Positions 48,733-63,300 of a stretch of DNA of 64,000 nt are shown here, one piece after another. The notes beneath the pieces are model-generated. The model did no database searches, was not told where the DNA came from, and saw only the letters and a program-made list of their open reading frames with translations. Position 1 is the first letter of the stretch; every line of letters begins with the position of its first letter. A program made the position numbers and the translations under genes. The stretch lies in the NCBI GenBank assembly GCA_965649765.1, contig OZ287758.1, positions 16,492,001-16,556,000 on the forward strand, read 5' to 3'. Origin of the DNA: Bispira polyomma. Its lineage: Eukaryota.

Positions 48733-48785
<53 letters not shown>
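48733..48785. repeat. (CA)n(TA)n compound microsatellite
   Basis: Direct reading; the paralogous site near 56156 has only a short (TA)n. Confidence 0.95.
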
Positions 48786-48787
<2 letters not shown>

Positions 48788-48896
48788 ATTCATGAGACAA
48801 ATACAATGAGCCCTAAGTCCGAAGTAGAAAGCTAAGGGCATCAGAGACAGGTTCAGGAACTTTTACAGTTTCATATTTCTGCTCAAAAAGAATGTT

Positions 48897-49040
48897 TGGA
48901 ATGCTCTTCCTGTTGAGATTTGTGCGTCCCCCTCTCTAGCCTCTTTTAGAAAGCGGCTTAAGCCTACGTGTACACCAAGGCAAACCCACCATAGTCTTAA
49001 TCATCCCCTGGTGTTGTCTGTGGTGCTTGACCTTTTTTCT
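48897..49040 (+). mobile_element. L2/CR1-group LINE 3' fragment (truncated paralogue of 56284 copy)
   Basis: tggaatgctcttcct...ttttagaaagcggcttaag...ccaccatag. Confidence 0.75.
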
Positions 49041-51384
49041 GTTTTTACTGAATTTTATTTTAAAATATTTCTATTGTCCATTAGAACAAATCATGCATTT
49101 TCTTTTGAACACGGATGCTGTATGTAATATATGTAACAATAGAAGCAGACAAAAATGATACACTGTGCTGTCAATACTAACTAAGGTTTACCATAAACAG
49201 TCCAATGTAAAGTGTCGCTGTAATCTAATATACTTAGTCATGACAATATCCAGATGATATCTCAGGCAGACAAAGGAAACATAGAACAACTAAAGGATCT
49301 TTCTATAATAGACTAGTAAGTTCCCTTATATGGAATATATATAACAATAGATTCTGATCACATAACCTACCCAGACAGAATGATGTATTGGGCTCTCACT
49401 ACTAACTAATCTAATAAACTTAGTCTTGACAATAGCCAGATGACATATCAGGCAGACAAAGGTACAATTTACTACTTACACCCTTGTGGACACAATTACA
49501 TGTTATAGTATAACAAATGCTTAGTGTTTGTTATTTTAAATAGCAGAAGATTGATGGTCAGTATATAAATGCAGACACGATTTTTGTATATTTGTACATA
49601 TTTATTCTTATTATATTATTATTATGTCATATATTTGTTCAACAATTGTTGTAATATTCCATTTCTTTGTATACTGTGAATTAGCAATTTGGTAAAGTGC
49701 TTTCACATGGTACTGTAAAGATGTATTTATATAATTATTTCTTCCTTTACAATTACTTTTGCCAATGACAGGATATACTGAATGAATAATTAAATAAGTC
49801 AATTTGGTATCTATTACACTGATCATTCCTTTATTGTCCTCATTATATTATCCTTATTATACTACGAGAATAAAGATTATTGTTATTATTTTTATTAAAG
49901 AGGAAACTTTTATCCAAATAAATAAAAAAATATCCTGCCCACCATGTCATTCTTCTGACAATAATCAATGATACACACATCAACATCAACCTGATCCTCA
50001 TTTTGCTCTATTACATAGTTACACTACATCTGTTTCATACATTGTAGACATATTGCTCTATTAAGTAGATTGTGTTATTAACAGTCACCATCATTTTTAA
50101 GCCTTTAAACATGTTATTATAATTCTCAAAACATATTTAGTCCTGGCCACAACGTCAAAATATCGATGATTACTGAATAATTAATCTACAGCCAATTTGA
50201 CATCTATTACATAACTGCAGTATTAAAAAAGCACTCACCTGACCTAATTCAAAGTTGGTACCATATACATTGATGTATTAATGCCACAGTTATATACAAT
50301 ATCCTAACAATGAATAATATAAGCCAACAGACTGCATCAAGTCACATCAAAACCTTAACAAGAGGATAAGCTTCTTATGCTGAAGAATGTCATTCAGCTG
50401 CAAAAAATATTCTTTGCTAGAGTTCTGCTTCTTTTAATTGTTTATCAGCATTACAAATGGAAGGCAAAACTTTTAAGAGGCAAACAAATAAATAAAATAC
50501 TAAACTAATACATTTCCAAAGCCAGAACAAAATACACTGAATACAGCAATTTTTCATCTTAAGTCGTCACTTTGCCCTTTTAAGTGCTGCATTACTGCAT
50601 CAAAGCAGTCTTGTCTATGTTGAGTCATCATACCAACTTATTGCGACTTTAGAAGACAGTCATCAAATATTAACAGTTGCTTTATGCTTTTATGTGTGTG
50701 GTGACCTAAAACTAAACAGCAACCAAAATACCATTCTGTCAATTATTTAAAAAATACTTCATTTGGTTTGTGTAACAAAAATATGTGCCTCAATATAGTT
50801 TAATGGAGAAATATTTTTACAGTAGCAAATGCAGTGACTTTTGAATAATGTAATGTCTCTATCTACACCATTTTCTAGCAAGCATGATTTGCAGATAAAA
50901 GTCATCTTATTGGTGATATCTTAACATAAAACCAATGGCTTTTATCCTTTGCCAGAGAAAATGAAGTGTCTTCATGCAAGATAGCCATTACAGGTCTAGT
51001 TCTGAATAGCAAATAAAGAAATCCTGACTTAAAGAAAAAAGTCTGGTAAGTTCTTTGGAAATTTAACAAATGCCCTAAAAAGCCGAATATTGTTATTAAA
51101 TATAGTTAGTTTTCAGGTGCTGCATAATTAAAATTACAAATGTGTCAAATGTATTTACTTCATAATAAACAAATGAACCAGCCCATGACAGTAAGACTTG
51201 TGTAAAACACAGAGTTTACTGTAAGTGTTACATCATTACATTGTAACACAGTAAATTCCACTTCTGATGTCCTATTTACATGTACAAGACTTTCCCTGAT
51301 GTCATTTTCTGTCTAACTTTGTATTTTAACTTCCACCAGTATTTGATATCTAAGCTTCACCTAATTAAGGTTTCTGTCAATATC

Positions 51385-51570
51385 ACACTATACAATGCAC
51401 TGTGCAAGTATTGCCTGGGTTTGATCCCTGTGTGGGGTGACCAGGTACATATAGATACATAATAGTCAAGATGATCACTTAAAATGGTGGTCCTCTGTCA
51501 ATGTTTTATATTGCCAGTGGCAGGTTAAAGAACCTTGTGGGCATTCATAAATGTTCCACAGTAAGTGCCA
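51385..51570 (+). mobile_element. MetaSINE-like SINE (degenerate)
   Basis: B-box-like ggtttgatccc; core gatgatcacttaaaatggtggtcctctgtc...tggcaggttaaagaacc. Confidence 0.65.
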
Positions 51571-52869
51571 TCTATTGTTTGCTAAATAAATTATTTGTAC
51601 AATAATTGGAGTTGAAATAAATCATGTAAATACTTTTCATTTCCGGCTCTGCCTTCCATTCTTGCCGATCTCCACAGTTGATGCCCAGTTTATGCCAAGA
51701 TGTTAGGTGTTTTTCCAGATCATACAAGCTCTTAATAACAGGAGAAAACGGCTCGATAAAATGCAAAGGTGTGAACGCCATTTTAGGACTAATTAAAGTA
51801 AACCTGAACTCAGTGTCTACCCTTCACCCATCCAAACCCCCACCATAAAAGTACAAAAGTGTATCATGCATGAAAGTCATTTCATAGTTTTTGCTTAACG
51901 CACAAAACAACAGGTAGAAATTGAAGTACAATGTATTTGATTATTGACAAAAAAAAATACTGCAGAACTGATCAAAAGAGGATATTCTAAGACATGCCAA
52001 CGTTTATAGAATATAAAAATAAAAATATAACATTAAGATTGACGTTTATTCAACATAGGCTGCGGTTTTTTTTTTATTAAGATTTAAAACCTTTTAAAAT
52101 GTTAACCTTGTCTATGCAAGCCATTGCTGTGAAGAAATAAGAACAATTTGCAAATAATTGGGTCATAATTAATTTTAATTAAAACAGTTGCAATATCAAA
52201 TGGAAGAAATAAAGCTCTTCCTATAAAGACTTACATTGTATTTAATATATGTAACAATGAATTAGACCACATATTAATTTTTCTGATAATCATTTTATCT
52301 TTTGATCTGAAATAGCTTCTGTCCAGTTTAATGGTAATTTCCAAGACTGTTTTGTTGTTTACAGTTGATTTTTTGTGTAATTGTATGTTTCTATTTTTTT
52401 AGAAAAAAAAAAAATTAATACATTTCTGTGGATGGTGCCTGGATGGATATTGTCAGATCCATTATTTCCAGTATGTCATTTCACCAGGTATATATTGTGA
52501 CTGTTGACTGATTTATGTGTTACTCTAACACTATTTCTCAATTATATTTCACCACTTCATACTCAGTGATACTCACTTATTCAAAACCCCCATTAACGGA
52601 AATTTACAAAGGTTTTACATTAAACAATAATAATAATGTATTTTAACGGGCCATAAGCTCTACTTATATTCTCAACAATCAACAACAGCCTAATGTCAGT
52701 AATATATATGTATTATCATAAATATATATTGATCATTCATCATGCATGTGAAGTTACAAGACAATGAACCCCAATAGTTTTACTGTAATGTGTATTCCAT
52801 TTATTCAGGTAAATTGTCCTAATTAGAACTTTGTCAACTACTGGAATTCATTTAGAAGTCACCTATTTT

Positions 52870-53450
52870 GCCACAAAGCAAGGACACTTTGACTGACTGA
52901 CAGGACTGACTGACAGGAAGCTTTTATTTGACAACTCAGAAAAATGTCTGTGCAACAATTAATAAGTGAGTCATGAAACATAGTACTTTCGTTTGAAAAG
53001 GTACAATGGAAGGTAAATTGATAACGGATGATTTGGACTAATGTTGAGATAGTTGAAAAATGTTTTTAAATGGCGATAGCAATCTTTACAAAGAAATTAT
53101 CATGCAATATGTTCCCAGAAAATTGAAAAACAATGGAGCCACTTTATAGCCATCTATATTTCTAAAGAGGGACTTTAGCAGAATATTTTTTCTCTTTTTG
53201 AATAATTCTTTCCTAATTCTCTATCACAAGCAAGGACACTATGACTGAGTGACAGGAAGCTTTTATTTGACAACTCAAAAAATGTCTGTGCAACAATTAA
53301 TCAGTGAGTCATGAAACATAGTACTTTCTTTTGAAAAGGTACAATGGGAGGTAAATAATTAACGGATGATTTGAATTAATGCTGAGATAGTTGGAAAAAG
53401 TTTTTTAAATGGCGATAGCATTCTTACAAAGAAATTATCATGCAATATGT
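52870..53450. repeat. Local direct duplication of a ~230-bp block
   Basis: agcaaggacact...gaaattatcatgcaatatgt near 52877 and 53229; single copy in the paralogue near 62580. Confidence 0.85.
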
Positions 53451-56283
53451 AAAAACACCAAGCAAACTAACTGGATTTTCTCTAGTGTTCCTAGAAAATT
53501 AAAATACAAGGTAGCCACTTTATAGCCTTTTATATTTTAAATTCTGATATTTTTTATTTTAGAACTCCTTTTGTAAAACCGCTTTGTTTATAATTGTAAA
53601 TATCAGCCTCTCTGAAAGTTAGAAGTTCCATTGCACTGGCGGGGTCTAAATCTTCCCACTTATCCACACAGATAAAAGGATGTCTGGATCAACACATTAC
53701 TGCCAGGAAACCTACAAATAGTGCTCTTGATATTTAGGTTGTTGAAGTTAAGGTGATAAAGAAGTGTAAATTGTGACTTCAGTGGTATTTGACGGCATGT
53801 TTAACATTTAATTGGGTGGCATTAGCAACAAAACTGAAATTCGTTTGTTAAACAGCTTTTTGTCTTTATCTATGACCTATACAAAGTCCTACACTTCATA
53901 AAACTCTTCTATGTGCTGTACTCGTTAAGGTGGGTTAGGCACAGACAGACAAAATAATTGCCATGAGGATAAAGACGTTATTAGTGTTTTGCATTACTTT
54001 TTTAACAGCAGAGTTATGCATAATCCGATACTTGTTGAACCACAAGTATTTTGTGTAATTATAATATTATCAAAGGGCTCCATGCCATATGTTTGTTTGA
54101 TAACAAATGTAAAGTTGCATTCATTTGTGTATTATGAGTTACATCACATCTATATTTTTAGCATCTATTACTATATTAATAGACATATTAACAATTATAC
54201 ACAAATTTAAATAAGTAGAGACATCTTGTACAGATCTTAACATAAATCCAATGGCTATGATTAATTGCCAGAGAAAACGAAGTGTCCTTATGCCAGCTGC
54301 CCATTACAGCTTTGGTTGTGAATGGCAGTGCCTTACAAGAAAGCCCTTGACCTAAATAAAAAAGTCAGGTACGATCTTAGAATTTTAACATATGCCATAA
54401 AATATATTACATATGATACATATGCCATAAAATATATTACATATGATGCATGTTTTACAGAGATAATTAATTTGTGAAATTCAAAAACAACTAAAAACAA
54501 GCAGAATATTTAAAGAAATTGAGATTCACAAACGTTATCAGAACCAAGATATAGTAGTATAAAGAACATTTTACTCCTCCTGATTCTTGTTTTAAATCAA
54601 GACTTTGAATGACATTGACTTGGCCTTATTGACAAAAGTTAAATTTAGTCTTAAACTATAGTTTTAGCCTAAGTCTACAATTTAATGCAATATCTTTAAT
54701 ACTAGTCGAGTTATTCACAATCATATGTCCCAGATTAAGTAGAGATACTTTGATAAAGTATCTGCTAAGACATGCTATGCTATTGCAAAATGTTGTGGAT
54801 CTAAGACTTATGTAAGTCTAACAATAATAATATTTGTGAATTATCACTGTCATAATTAGTGAGTCTAATTTATTGCACAATTGTAAAAATGTTTACTTTA
54901 GTAATAATTGATACTGAACTCTTAATTCAACTAGTAATTGGATCAAATATCAGAATCAAATATGCGAATCAAATTCCTTATCAATATCAAACATTATGGG
55001 GACATTTTAATTTGGTCTGTAAACACTTAAAATGTTTGTTTGAATTACATGAGCTGTACTTCTGATATTAACATACAATCAAACTGCTATTTCCAACCTA
55101 GTTTACCAGAAATCTCCTTGAGAAATATAATACCAATAACGAACAAAGATAAAATAAAGTAGACTAGGTTATTAAAATGGTAATATTGCATCTTGTTTTG
55201 TAATTTTAACTATTAAAACACATTAAATTCATAGTTCAGAGAGACAGTCGTTTGTTTTTAAAATATTTGTAATCACAGTGCAAGTCTAAGAACTGCTAAA
55301 TAAAAGAATACCTCAGAATAGACTTGAAGCAGCTTTTTTTATACTGCACTCATTGTGATGTGCGCGATATTAGTGTAAAGAAAGATATTCATCTGAAATC
55401 TACTCACACATTTGTTCAACAATTGCAATCTGTCATTTGTATGTACACTATAAATAAACAATCTGATATAATGGATTACCATTTATAACCTAATCACTGC
55501 AGTAGCATTTATGTCAACATCACTTCTGTCTGACTAATAATTTTTGCAAATGACATGATGAACTTAATGAATAATTAATCTACAGTTACATTGATATATA
55601 AGTGCCACAGCTATGTTAATGTATAATATATCCTAATAATAATTAGTGAAACAATCTTTTAAGGTGAACAAGACATTTCAGTAACACATAATAGTCCCAA
55701 ATTCTGGTATGATTTGCCTCAGGAGATAGTTATTACTCCACATTAGGTTGTTATTTAGAGCTTCGTGTGTTTTGTTTGTATTATACTAAAACAGGACTTG
55801 CTTAGCTTTTATTCATACCATATTATAAAGATGGTTTATGCAATTAAATGTAACCTAATAAATCTAACCAGGACTCCAAGAGACAGAAAAGATAGTAACA
55901 CTCTGTAAAGTTTTAGTAATATATTTTGTTTATCAACTAAGAACTAAAATGCAGTAAAAAATACTCGCTCACTACTTGCATCATCTCTCCAAGCTATAAA
56001 GGTCATGTATGTACACTACACCATTCCACATCAGGCATAAAAAATAGAACTCTCTACAATGGGCCAATGGGCCATTTATTACCTTTATTGAACCTACATT
56101 AGGGTTTCTGTAATAGTAACCTTTTCTAAGAGGATTCTGCTTGCTTTGTTGTGCCATATATATATATCCATTCATGAGACAAATACAATGGGCCCTTAGA
56201 TTAGTCCGAAGTAGAAAGCTAAGGGCACAAGAGACAGGTTCAGGAACTTTCACAGTTTCATATTTCTGCTCAAAAAGGATGTT

Positions 56284-56530
56284 TGGAATGCTCTTCCCGA
56301 GATTTGTGCATCCCCCTCTCTAGCCTCTTTTAGAAAGCGGCTTAAAACTTACCTGTACACCAAGGCATACCCACCATAGTCTTAATCATCCCCTAGTGTT
56401 CTCTGCGGTGCTTGACCTTTTTTCTGTCTCCGGATACTAAAATTGGTTGACTGTCTTGGTGCTGTTGTGCCTTAGAGTCCCCTTTATAAAGAGGAGATTA
56501 AGCGAAATACAAGTGACATAATTGCATTAC
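56284..56530 (+). mobile_element. L2/CR1-group LINE 3' end (ORF2 C-terminus plus 3' UTR)
   Basis: WNALPEICASPSLASFRKRLKTYLYTKAYPP* (56284-56379), then L2-like tail gtgccttagagtcc...ggagattaagcgaaatacaag. Confidence 0.85.
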
Positions 56531-57557
56531 ATATAACTGATATAAAGTGAACTTTCTACATAGTTTCTAGGAATTGCCCTAGTTAGATTTAGATTTTTTT
56601 GCTTTACCATATGTCCAAAGTAATTTATTGGTTATAACTGAAATGTTGCATTTTTTGCTCTTTGGTAACGGGTGACCAATATTTATGCATATCCCTCATT
56701 AATGTGACATTTAAGTTACAGTGGTATTTAAGTTTTATTTTAGATTTAAAAACCGTTTAACCATTTCTCTATGTAATTTAATAAAATAAATAACTAGTTC
56801 TATACTGTATTTTATTTTAAAATATTTGTATTGTCAATTAGAACAAATCATGGATCTTCCTTTGAAGACTGGTGCTGTATGTAATCTATGTAACAATAGA
56901 TGCAGACAAAAATGATGTATTGTATTAGTTTACCAGTCCAATGTAGGGGTTTTTGTAATCTAATATATTTAGTCATGACAATAGCCAGATAATATCTCAA
57001 GCAGACAAAAAGGAAACATAGAACAAATGAAGAATCTTATTATAATAGACTACTAAGTTTCCCCTATATGGAATATATATAACAATAGATTCAGACCACA
57101 TAACCTACCCAAACAGAATGATGTATAGTGCTCTCACCTTTCACTTATTAAATAACTTAGTCTTGACAATAGGCAGATGACATGTCAGACAGACGAAGGA
57201 ACAATTTACTACTTACCCCCTTATGGACACAATTACATGTTATAGTATAACAAAGGCTTAGTGTTTGTTATTTTAAATAGGAGAGGATTGATGGCTAGTA
57301 TATAAATGCAGAAACAGTATTCATATTTTGCACACCACTAAAGATGACAAAACATCTAGTTTAATGACCAGCTAATTGATCCCACAAGGTCTTCCAGAAG
57401 TGACAAATGTATAAAGTAATACATGCGCAAAAGCTGAAAAAAAGCAGACATGCAAAATAACCCGATTATTTACTTTATGAAGGACTGATCATAGTTATCA
57501 ACCATTATCAACCATCACTTAAACATTAAATTGTGAACTCATAAGTATTTATAATTA

Positions 57558-57632
57558 ATTTTGGACATTTAATGTCCACTCTAGTACCTTTTTATGTTAT
57601 ATTGGGATGGGTAGTTAGAAACGCTGGCGGTA
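57558..57632 (-). mobile_element. RUDI-like SINE 3' fragment
   Basis: tttaatgtccactctagtacc...ttatattgggatgggtagtt matches the family tail. Confidence 0.75.
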
Positions 57633-60144
57633 CTACATTTTACAGAAAAAACAATACTTTAAGTGAATATTATCACTGAATATGGAACCTATATATTTAT
57701 GGACACTAAGGTGACACAGTTCTTGACTTGGCGATACACTTTGTCTCATATCACTTAAAAAAAATAGATATCATTTCTGCAGTTTTAAGTAGGTAATTAG
57801 TATGAGAAAAAAATATCCTAATCTGAAATGTGGAATATAATTTGTCTATTTCAATCTAAATGTCGCTTTTCTGGGAGAACCGGGATAAACTTTGACCATA
57901 ATCTACATGAACTAAGGCCTGTATTTCTGCAACAACAAACCTAAATATTTCCATGATATACAATACTTGAAATGCCATTGTGCTGATAAATAGTTCATTT
58001 CTTCACCTGAAGTAGGTTCTCCCATGTTCAGTTATATTTTTCAAATACTATTCTTTTGTAGTTGTTTGTTTTTGATGAAAAATAGACAATGCATTTCTCA
58101 GGATAGTGACTGGACAGACAGAGTTAAATCCATTACTTCAGGCAAATCATTTCACCAGGTCTTTGTTGTTATATTTTATATTTTTATCATTGAGGACACT
58201 TACACCATCATCAAATATAAAGAAAGGATCAGTGACGAAACATAACAAAACGACAGAAGCTTTAGTCAGATAAGAAGGTCATAAGATAAGATAAGATATT
58301 AACGTGAAATCCCATATTGATATGGATAACTTGATCAACAATTGTTGTAATATTGCATTTCTCTATACACTGTGAATTAGAAATTTGGTAAACCGCTTAT
58401 AAATTTCATATGGTAATGTAAAGATTTATTTATGTCATAAATTTCTTCCTTAACAATATTTTTTGCCAGTGATAGGATATACTGAATGAATAATATCTCT
58501 ACAGTCAATTTGGCATCTATTAGACTGATCATTACTTTATTATTCTCATAAAACAGGAACCATTTTCCTAAATAAATAAAAATACCCTGCCCACAATGTG
58601 ATTCCTCTGATAATAAATAGTGATACACACATCAATCTGATCCCTGTTTTACTCTATTACCGTTCTACTACATGTATTTTATACATTATAGACATATTGC
58701 TATTTTGAGTAGACTGTGTTATTAACAGTGACTATAATTTTCTAGGTTATTATTTAATTGGGTATTTAGCCTGTATTGTCTTTTTAGATGTCATTGAGCC
58801 TATATAAGTTAATGTACAGATGGAGCATAACTAGCTACCAAACTGTCTTTAAACATGCTATTATAATTCTCAAAACACATTTTGTCCTGGCACAGGTCAA
58901 AATGTCTATGAATACTGAATAATCAATCTACAGCGAATTTAGTACATCTATTACATTTGTTTGGTATTAAATAAGCACTCACTTCACCTAATTTACAATT
59001 GGTACCATATACATTGATATATTAATGCCACGGTTATGTACAATATCCTGACAATGAATAATATAAGCCAACAGAATGCAACAAGTCACAGAAAAACCTT
59101 AACGTTAGGATAAGCTTCTTATGTTGAAGAATGTCATTCAGCTGCAGGAAATATTCTTTGCTAGAGTTCTGCTTCTTTTAATTGTTCATCAGCATTACTA
59201 ATGCAAAACTTTTGAGAGGCAAACAAATAAATAAAATACTAAACTAATAGGTTTCTAAAGCCAGAACAATGTATACTCAATACAGCAATTCTTCATCTGA
59301 AGTCGTCACTTTGCCCTTTTTAGTGTTGCATTACTGCATCAAAGCAGTCTTGTCTGGCCATGAAGCAATGTTCTGTAGAAAATAAAAAAAACATGTGGCT
59401 GGTCTATTTTGTGTGACAATAACAACTTATTGCGACTTTGGAGGACAGTCATCAAATATTAACAGTTGCTTTATGCCTTTATGTGTGGGTGACCTAAAGC
59501 TAAACAGCACCCAAAATACCGTTCTTCTGTCAATTATTTAAAAAATACTTCATTTGGTTTGTGTAACAAAAATAGGATTCTCAATACAGTTTAATTGAGA
59601 CACATTTTTACAGTAGCAAATGCAGTGACTTTTGAATAATGTAATGTCTCTATCTACACCATTTTCTAGCAAGCATTATTTGCAAATGAAAGTATTCTTA
59701 CTGCTAATATCTTAACATAAAACCATGGCTTTGATCCTCTGCCAGAGAAAACGAAGTGTCTTCATGCAAGCTATCCATTACAGGTCTAGTTTTGAATGGC
59801 AGAGAAAGAAATCCTGACTTAAAGAAAAAAGTCAGGTAAGATCTTTTGAAATTTAACAAATGCCCTAAAAAGACTTATATTGTTATTAAAAATAGTCATA
59901 TTTCAGGTGCTGCATACTTAAAATTACAAACGTGTCAAATGTATTTACTTCATAATAAACAAATGAACCAGCCCATGACAGTAAGGCTTGTGTAAAACAC
60001 CGAGTTTATTGTAAGTGTTGCATCCTTACATTGTAAGGCAGTAAATTCCACCTCTAATGTCCTATTTACATGTACAAGACTTTCTCTTCTACCAGTATTT
60101 GATATCTAAGCTTCACCTTATTATTGTTTCTGTCAATATCACAC

Positions 60145-60325
60145 TATACAATGCACTATGCAAGTATGGCCTGGGTTTGATCCCTGCGTGGGGTGACCAG
60201 GTACATATAGATACATAACAGCCCAGATTACCACTTAAAATGGTGGTCGTCTGTCAATGTTTTATATTGCCAGTGACAGGTTAAAGAACCTTGTGGGAAT
60301 TAATAAGTATTCCACAGTAAGTGCC
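60145..60325 (+). mobile_element. MetaSINE-like SINE (paralogue of 51385 copy via segmental duplication)
   Basis: Same sequence and same flanks as the 51.4-kb copy. Confidence 0.65.
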
Positions 60326-63300
60326 ATCTATTGTTTGCCGAATAAATTATTTGTACAATAATTGGAGTTGAAATAAATCATGTAAATACTCTTCATTTCT
60401 GGCTCTGCCTCCCGTTCTTTTCCGATCTCTACAGTTGATGCCCAGTTTATGCCAAGATGTTAGGTGTTTCCCCAGATCACACAAGCTCTTGATAACAGGA
60501 GAAAATGGCTCTATAGAACGCAAAGGTGTGAATGCCACATTAGGACCAATTAAACTGTACCTGAACTCAGTGTCTACTCTCCACCCGCCCCCACTAAAAA
60601 AAGAACAAAAGTGTATCATGCATGAAAGTCATTCCATAGCTTTTGCTTGACGCACAAAACAACAGGTAGAAATTAAAGTGCAATGTATTTGATTATTAAC
60701 AAAAAAAAACTGCAGATATCTGGTCAAAAGGGCATATTCTAAGACATGCCAACGTTTATAGAATATAAAAATAAAAATACATTATTAAGATTGACGTTTA
60801 TTTACCATAGGCTGTGGTTTTTTTATCCAGATTTAAAACCTTTTAAAATGTTAACCTTGTCTATGTAAAAGCCATTGTTGTGCTGAAATATGAACAATTT
60901 GCAAATTTTTGGGTCATAATTAATTTTAATTAAAACAGTTGCAATAGCAAATGGAAGAAATTCAGTGCCTTCCCCAAAGTGTGGATTCATGAATTAATAT
61001 GTAAATAAAAACACCATTCTTTGGGCATATTAGTTTAATTTACTAAAGTTAGATCTACAGATTATGTACAGATTGCAATATCATTAACTAAAAGATTAAG
61101 ACCACCTTAAATTAATGTTGAAGTGAAGAGCATGAGTTTAAGTCCATGCCTGAGTTTAAGATGTTAACTTAACTTCATTAAAAATTACATTAAACTTTAA
61201 GTTACGTATAGTTACTAACCTTATTACTTCATTTAAGATTACATTACAGTAACTTCATTTAAGATTACATTATACTTTAAGTTATGTATAGTTACTAATC
61301 TTATTACTTCATTTAAGATTACATTACAGTTTAAGTTACATAAAGTTAAGGTGGCCTTAAGTTTTGACTAATAGTACATGTAAGTTATATATAGTGTATA
61401 TAAATGCCATTTAAGTTTATTGTCTGAACTAAAAATACAACATTAAGATTGACGTTTATTTACCACAGGCTGTGGTTTTTTCATCCAGATTTAAAACCTT
61501 TTAAAATGTTAACCTTGTCTATGCAAAAGCCATTGCTGTGCTGAAATATGAACAATTTGCAAATTTTTGGGTCATAATTAATTTTAATGGAAATGGAAGA
61601 AATTAAAGCTCTGCCTATGAAGATTGATACTGTATGTAATATATGTAACAATGAATTAGACCACATAGTAATTTTTCTGATAATCATTTTAGCTCTTGAT
61701 CAGAAATAAGTTCCGTCCCTTTTAATGACAATTTCCAAGACTGTTTTGTTGTTTACAGTTGATTTTTTGTGTAATTGTATGTTTCCATTTTTTTAGAAGT
61801 AATAAAATTAATGCATTTCTGTGGATGGTGCCTGGATGGATATTGTCAGATCCATAATCTCCAGTATTCCATTTCACCAGGTATCTATTGTGACTGTTGA
61901 CTGATTTATGTGTTACTCTGACACTATTTCTGCATCAATTATACTTCCGTTAGTTTCAAGATACTCATTGATACTCACTTATTCAAAACTCCTATTAACA
62001 GAAATTTACAAAGGTTTTACATTAAATAATAATAATAATTTATTTTAACGGGCCATAAATTATACTAATATTCTCAACAATCAACAACAGCCTAATGTCA
62101 GTAATACAAATATATTATCATAAATATAGATTAATCATACATCATGCATGTGAAGTTACAAGACAATGATATCCACTAATTTTACTGTAATGTGTATTCT
62201 ATTTATTCAGGTAAATTTTCCTAATTAGAATTTTGTAAACTACTGAAATTCATTTAGAAGTTATTTATTTTGCCACTGGAAGAGACAGAGGGGTTATAAA
62301 GTTATATATCTTTTGATGAACTGATACATACATCCCTGAACATTGTTAGTACTTGGAGAAACCTTATCTACTTCAATTCTAAACTTGTATGTTGATCTGG
62401 TAATTAGGCATTCTACTGATAAATATTAGTCTTTGTAGGAGATTATGCATTGATAGCTCTACATTTAAGCTGGGACAAACAAGTGATAGCTCTGCCTCTT
62501 TTAAAATGCCAACACAATGGACTCAAGCAGAATATTTTTTTCTCTTTCTGAACAATTCCTTCCTAATTCCCTGTCACAAAGCAAGGACACTATGACTGAG
62601 TGACAGGAAGCTCTTGTTTGACAACTCAGAAAAATGTCTGTGGAACAAGTAATCAGTGAGTCATGAAACATAGTACTTTCTTTTGAAAAGGTACAATGGG
62701 AGGTAAATTGATAACGGCTGATTAGGATTAATGTTGAGATAGTTGGAAAAAAGTTTTTTAAATGGCGATAGCAATCTTTACAAAGAAATTATCATGCAAT
62801 ATGTAAAAGCACCAAGCAAACTAACTGGATTTTTTCTAGTGTTCCCAGAAAATTAAAATACAATGGAGCCACTTTATAGCCCTCTATATTTTAAATTCTG
62901 GTATTTTTTATTTTAGAACTCCTTTTGTAAAACTGCTTTGTTTATGCTTGTAAATATTAGCCCATCTGAAAGTTAGAAGTTCCATTGCACTGACGGGGTC
63001 TAAACCTTCCCACTTATCCACACAATGTTTACAGAGAAAAGGATGTCTGGATCATGACATTACTGCCAGGAAAGCTATAAATAGTGTTCTTGACATTTAG
63101 GTTGTTGAAGGTAAGGCGATAAGAAGTGTAAATTGTGACTTGAGTGGTATTTTACTGCATGTTTAACATTTAATTGGATGGCATTAGCAACAAAACTGAA
63201 ATTCGTTTGTTAAACAGCTTTTTGTCTTTATCTATGACCTATACAAAGTCTTACACTTCATAAAACTCTTCTATGTGCTGTACTCGTTAAGGTGGGTTAG

